Origin: Lama glama
Taxonomy: Eukaryota
NCBI GenBank assembly: GCA_028534125.1
Contig: CM052818.1
Coordinates: forward strand, 8,062,001 to 8,126,000
DNA: 64,000 nt
Direction of reading: 5' to 3'
In this document: one piece after another, positions 1-11,479 of the stretch
Position numbering within the stretch: the stretch's first letter is position 1
Layout: each line of letters starts with the position of its first letter
Program-made: the position numbers and the translations under genes
The notes under the pieces: generated by a model
The model's input: the letters and a program-made list of their open reading frames with translations, nothing else
The model's database searches: none
Told to the model about the DNA's origin: nothing

Positions 1-119
1 ATGGTTCATTTTATATTTGTACTTATCATATAGTGGGAAAGCTGGGGCTCCCATGTCTTTATTTACTTAATCACTTGTATGCAGACAGTTTTCTGTGTCT
101 GTGGCCATTCTCTTCCCTG

Positions 120-415
120 TGTGGATACCCTTCTCACCTCATGCATGTCCTGGCACACTATGTTGGGCTGCCCCCTCTGTGGATTTCCTCCTATCTTTGT
201 TCAGCCACTAACACCCAACATGGGTTATTGCCCCTAAGGATGTCCTTCTCACCGTCCTGGAGCTCTGACACGTCATGTCAGAATGACTCTCCATACGGAC
301 ACCTTCCTCATCCAGCTTAGACTCTGGCAGCCCATGTAGGGTAGGTCTCCTCATGCGGATGCCCTTCTTGTTCTGCTTCGGTTTTAGAATTCCCATTCTG
401 GGCCAGATGCAGTAG
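120..415. repeat. Degenerate ~58-60 bp tandem array (5 units), probably the internal repeat of an old L1MC-type 3' region
   Basis: Units start with GGAY followed by pyrimidine-rich ccttctcacc-like sequence at 123, 181, 238, 297, 357; resembles recalled L1MC4/5 3' tandem repeats. Confidence 0.55.
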
Positions 416-1757
416 ATCAGACCTGTGCACAGAATTCAGGGCCCCTTATTATCTTCATAATTCTGTGCTAGAGTTGTAATATTTGGATGCATGGAATTCT
501 GGACTATTATAATAGAGGACACTGTGTACATAATGCTTATGGTTCTCAGCTTAAAAAAAATCTTTTTATTGAAGTATTGAAAATTGTAAAGATTATAAGG
601 GTATGTTTTGAACTATCAAAAAGTGAATACAGCCATAAAAATCATCACCTGGGTCAAGAAATAAAATATTATCACTACCCTAGGAGCTCTACTCATGATC
701 TTTCCTCAGCACTCCTCATTAGATATTTTCAATATAAACAACAGAAATAAACTGCATTCTTTAAATTACATGTCCCAATTAGTAGCACGATGAATAAAAT
801 AGAACTTCAGTAAGAACATGTGATTGACTGTTTTGAAAAACTATATTTGAAAAGTTAATTATAGGTGTAATACTTTTGGGGGAAGTTTCATCTTTCAGTT
901 TGAGAAAGTTTGGAGCAGTCAGTCACTAGGGGGCAGCCTGTACTGCTTTCACTTCTTTAGAAATAGTTGTGTCCTTTTGTTAGTAACTAGAATTATTTTG
1001 TATGGAAGGAAACAATTGTTACTTCAAAGAAAAATATTTCACTATTCGCAGAGAGGAAGAAAACAGACACAATTATTTTGTACTCTTATAATTAAATTGC
1101 AAGAGTAGATTCCATGGTTAAATCACTGTCAGCACCTAGGAAGCCTAGCTTTGCTTTTGTAACCCCAGCAGAGCATCCGAATTTGAATGGATTTGGAAGG
1201 TTTTTTGGGTCCAAACAAGCTTCAGATAATTTATCCATACCTTCCTCTAATACTTTCTTTTCCACAGATTTCCCTCAAATATTATACTAGACTCTAGCTA
1301 AATCAGAGAAAAGAAAGCCACAGCTCAGAATCCAACACTTAGGACATTTTCTTCTATCCATTGATTTCATTTGGCAGTGCTTAGTGGTAGTTTCTTTTAG
1401 TAGCATCCTGTGAAAAAATCAGAGGAAGTGTGAAAGAGAAAATTGGTCTTCCTTGATTTCAGTTCTTTACCACTCCTTTCCTCATGCCATTCTAGTTTTG
1501 TGGAAATGTTTTCTAATTAGATTGATAAACTTTCCGGTTTCTGCATAGAATAAATGAACCCATGTCCAGATACTTTTGAACTATTTTATTTCCAGTGACA
1601 TAAAGAGACTGTTTCTGTCCTTCTCCCCGCCCTACTCACCCCTACCCACTCTGATTTTGCTAAGAAGCCAAATCACACACCCCAAATATAGTGTGACTTG
1701 GCTTCTTAGTCTCCATAACTTTTACCATAATCTAACGTTATTTCTTCCTTTCTCTAG

Positions 1758-1805
1758 ATAGAGACATCGGGATCTACCAGTATTATGACAAAAAAGATCC
1801 ACCAG
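1758..1805 (+). CDS. WDPCP: WDPCP internal coding exon (~human exon 3), (D)RDIGIYQYYDKKDPP
   Basis: 48 bp; acceptor tttcttcctttctctag, donor G|gtaaag; translation matches recalled WDPCP N-terminal sequence; phase 1-1. Confidence 0.93.
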
Positions 1806-2644
1806 GTAAAGTATCTGCTCTGCTAAACTGATTTTTATAAACTAAATATTCTAAACTATAAAATACTGACCATTAAAAAGTGTTTTTATGGGCTTTAGAT
1901 AAATTCTAGAATTTCAAGAAAGGTCACTCCAGTTCTTTAGAAAAATGCTGAGGCTGATATCTGTTCCATAAGAAATAAAGCAATGTTAGAAAATGCTACA
2001 GCAAAACATGAAAATTTTCATCTTATTGCTGATTAGACTGATAACTGGACAGTCTACTCACATTTATTTATCAGTGTCCCAGTAGAGGGCATTGTTAATG
2101 CATGTGTCCCCCTGATGCAGGAGGCCTCCCGGAGCCTCACCTGATATCTGAAATAGGCATTTCTGAGTGAATGATCAATTTTCTTTATCTGATTAATCCT
2201 GTTAATCCCAGAAGTTTCATGATGGGCCAAAAGGTCTTTCTAGCTAGAGTTCCTTCCTGTTTTGGTCTCTGTTGAAGTGGGGCTTGTGTGGGCATCCTGT
2301 GTGCTTAGCTAGGTGGTTAATAGGCTGACTTCATGGTTCTGATGACAGACTGAAGCAGCTTCTTCTGTTCTGGGCTCCATTGCAGTTCCCTTTGCTATCT
2401 GATGAGATTGCAGACTCAGGATATTGGCCCACCTGTTGTGCTATGTAAGCCTTTCCTCTGCAAATTTAGGAAATACCTCTATGAAATGAAAATATCCAAA
2501 TTATGGCATTTTCAACTAACTTTTAAAAAGTTTAGCACAGTTTATTAGTGTCAGTAGGTATATAATAATTATATGTGTGCATGTAAATATATAAAATATT
2601 ATAAAAATCCACTTTTCCTTTTTTCCATCTCCCTTCTGCCACAG

Positions 2645-2695
2645 TATCAGCAACAGAGCATGGTAACTTAGAAGAAAAGCAGAAGCTGGCAGAAT
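2645..2695 (+). CDS. WDPCP: WDPCP coding exon (~exon 4), (V)SATEHGNLEEKQKLAE(S); alternative in-frame acceptor at 2651
   Basis: Long pyrimidine tract then ccacag|TATCAG|CAACAGAG; donor T|gtaagc; 51 bp (45 bp from the second AG); frame continuous with neighbours. Confidence 0.9.
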
Positions 2696-4204
2696 GTAAG
2701 CTTACTTTATATTTTATTGGAATTATTATAAAACTGGAATTTTAATATCCCTGAGTTAGTCTTTAAAAATATTTTAAGCTTTCTGCACAAATAGGAAATT
2801 TTATTCCTTCCAAATTTCTTATGAAGTCACATTGTTTAGGTGAACTAACATATGAGTAAGAATTATGTTGTTAGACATTTCTAATTTAGACTGTTGAAAT
2901 CTGTCCACTTTTGGTGAGATATATGCGCATGTAAACAAACTTTTTTAATGAACCGTATTTATATTATTTAATATATTTAAAATAAGTGTACCATGCTTAA
3001 ATTCTGATAACATTTTATTATCCATATTATGCTAAATTATTATGTTTTATTCATTTTAACAAAATAAGATCTGTAATGATCAGTATTAGCATTTTATTCT
3101 TTCCAGTCTTTTCTGTTCTTAGATATATAAATGTTATATATGTAATATGACTACATATTATAGTGTAATATAATTAAAGTGACTTTATTTGGAATATAGG
3201 TAGAACTGAAAATCCAACTTGATCTCATTTTAATTGGTCAAGCCAAATTTAATTTTTAAAAATACTGTATGAATAGCTGCAACATAGATTTAAATTTTTT
3301 CATATTTTCTACACATCATAAACTATACAGACTATAAATTTGCTTAAATAAGATACACAGCAGATCTACTGTAAAATTTAAATGTTTGTATATACTGTAT
3401 ATTATATGTATACATATGCAAAGCACACATATTTACACATTTAGAATTATTATTTAGGAGAATTCAAAGATGAATTCATTCTTGTAATTAGATATTATAA
3501 TGAATTTAACATTTTGTTAATTCTTTTAAACAGAACTATTTTTAGTTTGTCTTAGGCTAACACTGAGACTCTACTAAATAATTTTATCTTTTAATTTAAA
3601 GCAGAACAAAGGCTTATTATTGAATTGTGGTATAGATTTTAAAGAGAATTACTTTAAATGAAAAAGAGTGCTATTATCATCTCATTTATTAAAACTTGGA
3701 TTTCTTTCCATTTTTTCCTTAGTTTTAATATGTGATGCTTTGATGCTTAATTTTAAATTTATTTTCTGTGTTCTTTTTTGTATTTTATTTCTTTCCTCAC
3801 TATTTTCATTTACTCAAAGGAATTCTCAGGTTTTCAGAAAACTGCTAGCAGAATTTGGAATTTCTTTTAGGTTGAATCTTTTTTTATGGAAAGATGTTAG
3901 TTCTGTGGTAAAGAATGGGTCGTTTACTGTTAAGTACTAGATTCACAGGCCTAGGAAACTTTCCCAGGGATTCTCTGAGCCTTGTTAGTTGTCATCATAA
4001 AATTATGATCAGGGAGATTGTTTGGTAAAAATCCTGTTTCTATGACAAAGCCTTTCAAAAGACTGTCATTTGATGATAGAAATGAAGCCCACTTCCTTTG
4101 AATTAAGGAGGTATTTTATTTTAATCTTCCTAAGACACATTGCTAAGCAAAGTTTCCTTTTTAAGTCATGTTTAACTAACTGTAGTACATGTTTTGTTTG
4201 CCAG

Positions 4205-4275
4205 CACGAGATTTTCCATGGACGCTCAAAAACAGACGCCCAGAAAAACTTCGAGACTCACTCAAGGAGTTGGAG
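4205..4275 (+). CDS. WDPCP: WDPCP coding exon (~exon 5), (S)RDFPWTLKNRRPEKLRDSLKELE
   Basis: 71 bp; acceptor gttttgtttgccag, donor GAG|gtatct; characteristic Fritz PWTLKNRRPEKLRDSLKELEE segment. Confidence 0.96.
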
Positions 4276-4560
4276 GTATCTTTCCAAAAGTTTCAAAAAT
4301 GGCAACAAACAAATCTGTTTTAAAACATCTTTCAGCAGCTTTAATTTTTATAAAGGATCAACTCCCCTGGTGATGATAGCTTTGCTTTTGTCCGGTGAGG
4401 AGTTCCAAAACAGTTGCATCTTTGTGTAGCATGCTGATCTGTGGGGGTTTTTTTTGTTTTTTTTGTTTTTTTTTTTTTTTGCTTGCAAATCAGAAGCACT
4501 TTAACTGATAACGACAATGTGTATAGCCAACTGCACTCTCTCTTTTTCTGTTTCCTTCAG

Positions 4561-4620
4561 GAGCTGATGCAAAACAGTCAGTGTGTGCTGAGCAAATGGA
4601 AGAACAAATATGTCTGTCAG
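4561..4620 (+). CDS. WDPCP: WDPCP coding exon (~exon 6), ELMQNSQCVLSKWKNKYVCQ
   Basis: 60 bp; acceptor tttttctgtttccttcag, donor CAG|gtaaaa; peptide visible within ORF 4441..4701. Confidence 0.96.
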
Positions 4621-5055
4621 GTAAAAAGGTTTGACATGCTTTCGCAGTGTTTAACCAGTGGAGCTGAAAACTATGCAGTAATTGGTATTCTTGTGTTATG
4701 ATAGGTAATGGACAAAAACTTTTTAGGAGTGGATATTTCATAGTTTGAATTCTAGTCATTCTAGAACTAACATTAGACAGATTTACTCAGGCCACCAGGC
4801 TACCTCATTAATCAGTATAGTTGTACTGACACTATAAACACTAATAAAAGTCTTTTCAGATGGCATTTTTTGTTTGTCATAGATTCAATTAGATTTTTGA
4901 ATGAGGATGAAACCATGGGACCATGGGAAAAACCAGTGGTTTTTTGACCACTCTTGAAAGCATTTGTTAGCACCATGCTTATGGAAATCAACAAGCAGAC
5001 TAGAGTTTGACCTAACATAACAAGACATTTGCTCATACTTTTTGAACCCTCTAAG

Positions 5056-5245
5056 CTGTGCTTTTTAATATTGTAGCCAGTAGTCACTTGTGGCTATTTA
5101 AATGTAAATTTAAACTAATTAAAATTAAAAATTCACTTCCTTAGTTGTCCTACACACATTTTAAGTGCTTAGCCATATGTTACCATATGGGCAATATAGA
5201 TACAGAATATTTCAATCACAGAAAAAATTCTACTGGATAGCACTG
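5056..5245 (-). mobile_element. MER3-like hAT-Charlie non-autonomous DNA transposon
   Basis: gtagccagtagtcacttgtggctatttaaat...ttctactggatagcactg matches the reverse complement of the recalled MER3 consensus. Confidence 0.75.
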
Positions 5246-7444
5246 TTAGAGACTGGACCAGGTGAGCTGCATGTTGAATGGATCTAAATTCAGGACATAA
5301 TAATCACTTGTCCATTGATCATAAGATAATGGACAAACACTTCAGCTTTGTCGATAGCCTTAAAAAACTATTTGCCTAGAAAAATTTTACTTGCTTGTGG
5401 TAAAAAGAATGGTTAGTCATATTATATTCATACATGTGATTGAAGTTACATCAGAATGTATCAGTTTAAATTCTTACTTGTTTATAATGTGATTTACATA
5501 TTTTAGGTCTGACTACTCTTGTTTGAAGTTTAGACCTGTGGCTCTATCCGTAAATCTATAATACTGAATTTGTAGTAATTGCAAACTTACCTTAATCTAC
5601 TATTTGATTAATGACTCTCATTTTAGTGGCTTCTAGTTTTTCCTCATTTTTTGCTTAAACTAGTCTACTTTACTCATAAAGGTAACTATTTAGTTACCAC
5701 CTCAACTGTCATAATTATTACTTTCCAGAGACTTTACAAGGCTGAATTAATATTTTCAGAACTGTAATACTTCCTAAATTTGACTCAGAATACTATTGAA
5801 ATGGATAGGGTTATTTAAAAAAATCATAATTTGTTTCCATAAAAGTTTTAATCAAACTTTGAAACTTGAATATAAAATATGCCCCAGAAAATTTTAAACT
5901 TAGTACAACTCATTGTACTTCTCAATGCCATTACTCACTTTAAAAGCAAGTTTAAAATTATTTGACTGGAGGGCAAGCCTATGACCTATAGTAAGAGGTG
6001 TGTCTCATGGCCTCCACCCTTACCATTGCACAGGGTAAGTTGGAACATGTCAGCTATCTTAAAATATGCAGTGAAGCATCCCAGTAGGCAATCCTTTTAA
6101 AACAGACTTTATTGCATTTTAATTTAATAAGCAGGTTTGTATGTACGTGTGTATGGGAAAGTATGAAGAGTGATGTCCCTCACTATAGAATTAATTCAAC
6201 TCAGAAAAGAAATATGCATGATCAAATATATACAAAATGACTTTCATAATTTACAGCAACCTGATAATACTGGTTTCTTAGGCTGCTGTACCAGTGAGTC
6301 TGCTTTTAACATTTCCAGCGGAATTTATCTTTATATTCTGTCATATTTTGTACTTTATTCCTACGATGAATAAGATATTCCAAAAACAGACCTTTTACCA
6401 CTAGCACATTCTTGATGTGATATGTTAAAACAGGATAACTTGACCTCCACCCTGCCCACTGGTCCAGGTTAGTCCCCGCATCTTTGGGGTCTTTGAGAGA
6501 CCTCCTAACATTATCCATCCACTTTCTCAGTTTCTAGAGAGGACTGTTGCCTAGGTCTTCTAAAAATATGTGTATGTGTGTTATTCCTAAAGATCTCTAA
6601 TATGACAGTAAATTTAAAATTTGGCACTCATCCAAGATTTCAGAAGGATCTCCTTAACCTTTTGTTAGTTGCAAAATAAACAGTCTCCACAGGCTCCCCC
6701 AGGATCCCCGTTCTGGGCATCTTCCAGTGTGATGGCTCCAAAGATAACATGTCGCTTAATTTCTATTAGTAATTTCCCCCACATATTTAACCCCAAAATA
6801 GCAGCAGTTGACCCCAGCATAATGTTCTCTAACTCTTAGAAAAGAAGTGAGAAAAGTTCCTGAATATCTTGGTGTTAACATAGTTGGATTCGTTTGTTTT
6901 TCACTGTGGCCACTCCTTAATTAATATAAGTTTTTACTCCCTCTGCCACCTCCAAAACAGGGTGAATTTAGGATTTATGGAATTTATCTTGATTTTCTTC
7001 TTTTTAGAGGATTCTTATTTCTTCCAGAGGCTCAGTTGTTTAGGAATTAGCAAGGCAACTACAACAACAAAGAATTTCAGAGGATGAAATCTGAGCCTGA
7101 ATTTTTCCCACTGTTGAATACTGAGGTTTTTTTGTTTTTTAATAGGTTGTCATCATTACCAAAGCTTAGTTTATGTTGTTGATTCAATGACCTATAAATC
7201 GTACCTTCAACTTGTAAATTCAGAAGTTTATAAATCAAGACTTATTTATACTTGTGTTCTACATGAAAATTGTCTTTCCAAGTTGGTTTTTCAGACTATA
7301 CATATCCCTAGTTTCAAGTTAATTAAAAGTATGAGATAGAATTCAGAGTTTTAGTTTTAATAGCTATCAAGTGTTTCTCATTGTTTATTTTGGCCTCCGA
7401 AAATTATCTTATTTTGAGAAAGTGTTTAATAATTTCCTGCTTTG

Positions 7445-7574
7445 TTTTTTTTGTTGTTGTTTGTTTGTATGTTTGTTTTGGCGAGAGAGGTTTATTTGTT
7501 TATTTTTAAAGGAGGTACTGGGGATTGAACCCAGGACCTCATGCATGCTAAGCATGAGCTATACCCTCCCCTGG
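7445..7574 (-). mobile_element. tRNA-derived SINE (camelid Vic-1-like) with 18-bp TSD
   Basis: Minus strand reads GGGGAGGGTATAGCTCA..TGCTTAGCATGCATGAGGTCCTGGGTTCAATCCCCAGTACCTCC plus A-rich tail; B-box GGTTCAATCC; TSD taataatttcctgctttg at 7427-7444 and 7575-7592. Confidence 0.88.
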
Positions 7575-8206
7575 TAATAATTTCCTGCTTTGAATTTCTT
7601 AAACCATTTCCAAACTGTTTTTAGGGAGTAATATTTTTCAGCATTAAGACACTATTAAATTGTACACCATTGTAGTGGAATTTTTAAATTCCTTAACTTG
7701 TCCTTTAAGTCACATGCATATTTGAAGATTACTGCATAATTAGTTAAAAGCAATATTATCATTAGGATAGATGTAACTTCATGTATATTGATTTTATTTT
7801 TTTTTAACATTTTTTATTGAGTATTAGTCATTTTACAATGTTGTGTCAAATTCTAGTGTAGAGCACAATTTCTCAGTTATACATGAACATATATATATTC
7901 ATTGTCACATTTTTTTTTCACTGTGAGCTACCACAAGATCTTGTATATATTTCCCTGTGCTATACAGTATAATCTTGTTTATCTGTTCTGCATTTTAAAA
8001 TCCCAGTCTGTCCCTTCCCACCCCCCACCCCCTTGACAACCACAAGTTTGTATTCTATGTCTATGAGTCTGTTTCTGTTTTATACTTCTGTTTTTTGGGG
8101 TTTTTGGGTTTTTTTTTTTTTTTCGATTCCTCATATGAGTGATCTCATATGGTATTTTTCTTTCTCTTTCTGGCTTACTTCACTTAGAATGACATTCTCC
8201 AGGGGC

Positions 8207-8306
8207 NNNNNNNNNNNNNNNNNNNNNNNNNNNNNNNNNNNNNNNNNNNNNNNNNNNNNNNNNNNNNNNNNNNNNNNNNNNNNNNNNNNNNNNNNNNNNN
8301 NNNNNN
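8207..8306. other. Assembly gap (100 N)
   Basis: Exactly 100 N, the usual placeholder for a gap of unknown size, inside the L1. Confidence 0.99.
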
Positions 8307-8457
8307 CCACAGTGGCTTTCCTTGCTTCCCTCTCCCACTCTTAATGATTTAGATGTCTTCTTTTACAATTTTGTGTTTATTCTTTTTGTAATTCTTGGCA
8401 GTTATCTCCTTTCCAGTTATGAGTTTCTCATTTTGTAGCATCCTGCTTCTTTTCTAT

Positions 8458-9350
8458 TTAGAATAGACCTGTCAATACTTCTTATAGCATGGGTTTAGTG
8501 TTGCTAAACTCTTAGTTTTTGCTTGTCTGTGAAGTTCTTTATCTCTCCTTCTATTCTAAAGGATAGCCTTGCTGGATAGAGTATCCTAGTCTGCATCTTT
8601 TTTTCATTCAGGACTTTGAATATATCTTGCCACTTCCTTCTGGCCTGTAGCGTTTGTGTAGAGAAATCAGCTGAAAGCCTTATGGGGGTTCCCTTGTAAC
8701 TCTTTGTTTTTCTCTTGCTGCCTTTAGGATCATTTCTTTATCATTGACTCTGGCCATCTTGATTATGATACATCTTGGTGTGGGTCTGGATTCTTCCTGT
8801 TTGGGACCTTCTGAGCCTCCTGTACTTGGATATCTTATTCCTTCTTTAGGTTTGGGAAGTTTTCAGTCATGATTTCTTCAAATACCTTTTCAATTGCCTT
8901 TGTTCTTTCTTCCCCTACTGGAACCCCTGTTATGTGTAGATTGGCATGCTTTATTTTAGCCCATAGGTCCCTTATATTGTTTTCATTGTTTTTTATTTGT
9001 TTTTCTCTCTGCTATTCTGATAGGGTGCTTTCTGTTGTCCTGTCTTCTAGGTCACTTATTCATTCCTCTGCATTATCTAGCCTGCTTTGTACAGCCTTTA
9101 GGTTTGCTCTCATCTCAGCAAATGAGTTTACTAATTCTACTTCATTCTTCTTTATAGCTTCTATTTCATTTTTGACATATTTTATATCCCTAAACACTAT
9201 TTCTTTTAGTTTGTTCTGTACTTTGATCACTCCTTTTTTGAAATCTTGATCTAGTAGACCATCAATGTCTATTTCCTTAATTGTGCTTCCAGGGGATTTC
9301 TCTTGATCTTTTAATTGGGAATGGTTCCTCTGTTTCTTCGTCTTGCTCAT
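8458..9350 (-). pseudogene. L1 ORF1 (ORF1p) remnant with premature stops
   Basis: Coiled-coil ORF1-like peptide stops at TGA 9060-9062 in ..DNAEE*ISDLEDR (likely CGA>TGA); second stop TAG 16 codons later; ORF1-like C-terminus (..EFSNTKPML..) near 8460-8510. Confidence 0.85.
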
Positions 9351-11479
9351 ATCTCTCTGGAGTATCAGTTAACTAGTTCTCCTGGAGACAGTGTGCTCTT
9401 AATGATTTTATCAACAGGTCTTTGTGTCTTCGCTCTGTTTCGTGTACTCAGCTTGCTGTTTCCAGAGGCTCTCCTTGGCACCCTCATCTGTGCTGCTCCC
9501 AGTGGCTGTCAGTTAGCAGATTGCGCCCCCTCCCAACACTGGGTCAGGTGCTGAGCTCTTAAGCAGTGGGTCACTCTCAACTCCTGATGCTGCAGTCAGA
9601 TGCTGGGTTCGGGCAAGGCAGGTGGGTTAATCACGCCTCTTCCCAGCACCGTGGTCAGGTGCTGCGTTCCTGCCAGGAAGGCGAGGGGCTTCTCCCCACC
9701 ATCTCCCAGTGCCGGTCACTCTGCTGCTCTGTGCAGCTGCCTGCTCCACCTCTGGTTGGCGCTCCGAAGGTGGGCTTGGGGCAGACTGCGGAATGGCCTC
9801 ACCCTTGCTCCATGCCAAATCTCAGCTCCTTGTTTGTCTTGGTGGTGTGAGTTCTCTGAGGGACCAGGGCAGAAAGATCCTATCTGCCTCAGGCTGTAAA
9901 CAAGTCTCAGCCCTGCCTAGGAGGTTGTGGAGCCCCTGGCGCGGATTCAGGGCTCGGCCCCGCCCCCACCCAGGCGCTGTGCACAGGAGGAGATGGTGGC
10001 TGTGGCTGAGCCCCTCCTCTCTTCTCTCGAGAAGCACCAGTAATGGCGCCGAGGGTCTGAGGAGACAAAGGCTATTGCGCCCCTCCCCCCAGGGCACACC
10101 AGCCGTGTTGCTTTGCTTTTTTCGCAATTTATGGGGGACCAAGGTTGTTCTGCTCCGTATCCCTTCCCAGCCATGGCGCACAGCCCCCTGCAGGCCCCTG
10201 GGGCCGCCTCAGTGCAGCCACCCCAGTCCTCTGCCTGAGCCTCAGAGGCTCCCCCTCTGTCCCACTGGCCTCTCCGTTGGAGAGGGGAGACCCAGCGAAC
10301 GAGTGCCAGTCCTCCTTCACCGCTCCCTCCCCGCGGGATCTGTCCCGAACTGTTTTTCTTCTTTCTTTTTTCCTTTTCTCCTACCAGATTTTTGGCATCT
10401 TTGTCTTTGGAAGAGGGCGATGTTCTTTCGGAGTTCGGCAGGTGCTCTGGTTGGCTGAGTAGGTCCGTAAATGTGAGTTTTGGTGTATTTGTGGGAGAGG
10501 GTGCTCTACAAGCGTCCTTCTACTCCACCATCCTGCTTCTCCCATGTATATTGATTTTAGATTAAATTTTTTGAATCACATATGTACATTTGACTGTAAA
10601 GGTATATGATATAATCATCTTTACCCTGATTTCTTTCTATACCAATTCGACATTTCTAGATACAATTTTAAAATGCCAAGAAAAGATAGCTTTCTTTTTA
10701 AATTCTTGTAACGAATTACTTGACAGGCTATGTAAAAATATAAATTATTTTTTTAAGCTTATCACAGATAAACTGAGACCTTATGCAACTCATTTCATCA
10801 TAACTTCCTCAACTGTAGAATGGATAGAATCATTACCTGTTCTTTCATTTCATCAACTTGTGTGAAAATCACTTTTGGTTTCCTCATAAAATAATAATTG
10901 ACAAACCATAGTTTTAAGTTACAACTATTAGTAATAGCATATTATTTATACAAAACCCATCACACAGTAATTATTGACTGCCACCATTTTGGGAGGCACT
11001 AAAGAGTTGTAAGTTGTGGGCTGAGTTCCCAGCATAACCTAGTCAAGGAAAATAGACACATGAAATCACTTAGACACTAGTGAGTGCCAAGTTGTATGAG
11101 ACCAAGTAAAAAAGATAGTAAGAATTTAGAGAAAGCCCAGACATTAGGCTGGCAGTGGGATGTGAAATATGAAAACCAGAGGTGGTTTGTAGAAAGAACA
11201 AATGAGATGGGATAATTATTTTCTGGAAACACCAAACTGTAGGGTTTCTGGACTTGGAGATGCTGTGCATGGTGTAGAAGTGAAGTGGCTAGACTGAAAA
11301 TACGGGAATTAAGAGAGAGTCTGTATCTGGAATGGTGAGATTTTCCCCAACTCCATTCCCCTCCAGCACCTAGGCCTATATCTTGAGGTAACTTGTTTAG
11401 AGGACACTTCTCTGACAAAATAGATTATTCCTCCCAGAAGAAAGCCTATAGATACTGATACTTGGTAGTTTACTTTGAA

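Larger units (their letters stand above)
7797..10542 (-). mobile_element. LINE-1 with both termini present (5'UTR, disrupted ORF1, gap, ORF2 C-terminus, 3'UTR, poly(A))
   Basis: 17-bp TSD catgtatattgatttta at 7780-7796 and 10543-10559; GC-rich 5'UTR 9351-10542; ORF1 starts at 9350 (MSKTKKQRNHSQLKDQEK..); ORF2 end (..ENVILSEVSQKEKEKYHM) just left of the gap. Confidence 0.93.

Noticed and set aside
4070..4429. 119-aa ORF over exon ~5
   Set aside because: Different frame from the real WDPCP exon; the rest is intron
6790..6812. MEF2 plus E-box muscle enhancer (ccaaaatagcagcagttg)
   Set aside because: Does not fit the MEF2 consensus YTAWWWWTAR; a single weak cluster
7505..7574. tRNA gene
   Set aside because: A-box/D-arm segment missing, and it has an A-rich tail and TSDs, so it is a SINE
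8869..9249. 126-aa hydrophobic + strand ORF
   Set aside because: Antisense shadow of the A-rich L1 ORF1
9315..10462. Cluster of overlapping ORFs (up to 249 aa) as independent genes
   Set aside because: All lie in the GC-rich L1 5'UTR, where stops are rare; the longest starts at GTG and none resembles a known protein
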